DNA of 64,000 nucleotides from positions 7,028-71,027 of the forward strand of contig JAISGK010000102.1 of the NCBI GenBank assembly GCA_031263155.1, given 5' to 3'. Below are positions 63,851 through 64,000 of this stretch, in pieces. A program made the position numbers and the translations under genes. The notes below the pieces were generated by a model. That model saw only the letters and a program-made list of their open reading frames with translations. It did not search any database and was not told where the DNA came from. The first letter of the stretch is position 1. Every line of letters starts with the position of its first letter. This stretch comes from Clostridiales bacterium. GTDB taxonomy: Bacteria > Bacillota > Clostridia > Lachnospirales > WQUN01.

Positions 63851-64000
63851 CTTTATGTTTTGGGCTGTTGTACTCCTCGCAGACCTCCGCCACATTGCCG
63901 CTGAACGCAAGCTGCCGACCGTGGTCTAGCCACAAGACTTTGTTACAAAGCCGTGTAACCTGCTCAATACTGTGGGACACGATTATCGTCGTAGCGCCAG
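63837..64000 (-). CDS. Polysaccharide/teichoic-acid-type ABC exporter ATP-binding protein, 3' end only
   Basis: The reverse strand reads GATTIIVSHSIEQVTRLCNKVLWLDHGRQLAFSGNVAEVCEEYNSPKHKDGRK* (H-loop region of TagH/KpsT/Wzt-like ATPases). It overlaps the next start by 14 nt and is cut by the window edge. Confidence 0.7.
   Translation of the reverse strand, partial: GATTIIVSHSIEQVTRLCNKVLWLDHGRQLAFSGNVAEVCEEYNSPKHKDGRK

Noticed and set aside
63851-63910. A longer start for the 1145-aa ORF (MRSAAMWRRSARS...).
   Set aside because: This segment is the out-of-frame overlap with the end of the upstream ABC ATPase gene. ATG 63850 (MGESKL...) gives a typical 14-nt overlap instead.

Overview
This window covers the replication-origin neighbourhood of a spore-forming Firmicute. 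It looks Clostridia-like: spoVT, an SLH-domain wall protein, and mid-range GC judged by eye and two 60-nt hand counts. All family calls are by-eye motif recognition; no database search or computation was possible.

Core (+ strand): spoVT, dnaA, a 1.35-kb oriC, dnaN, recF, gyrB, gyrA, a palindromic element, a VanW protein, an oxidoreductase, a second type IIA topoisomerase pair, a two-gene ABC exporter and an SLH-anchored repeat protein.

Left half (- strand): a truncated dcw block (class B PBP, murE, murF, mraY, murD, ftsW) runs with no visible terminator into a ~12.8-kb glycan-tailoring operon. That operon holds an MBOAT with an SGNH-like partner, CDP-glucose 4,6-dehydratase, an RmlC-like epimerase, an SDR, a GT2-methyltransferase fusion, a GT4 and an FkbM methyltransferase. 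It ends in four tandem radical SAM/SPASM paralogues. A decayed 3' fragment of a fifth paralogue lies beyond an inserted PIN toxin cassette.

Far left: a partial VapC, a HAD phosphatase, and a MacB-type ABC transporter with an HlyD adaptor.

Right end (- strand): an ABC-transporter-dependent glycopolymer locus. A KdsC-like phosphatase and a NeuA/KdsB-family cytidylyltransferase flank a DmpG/HMGL-like aldolase where a KdsA/NeuB synthase would be expected. Next to them is an 1125-aa HAD plus KpsC/KpsS-like fusion.

No rRNA, tRNA, CRISPR array, transposase or integrase was recognised. The strongest candidates for undescribed biology are the radical-SAM quartet in the glycan operon and the aldolase-based CMP-sugar-acid-like module.
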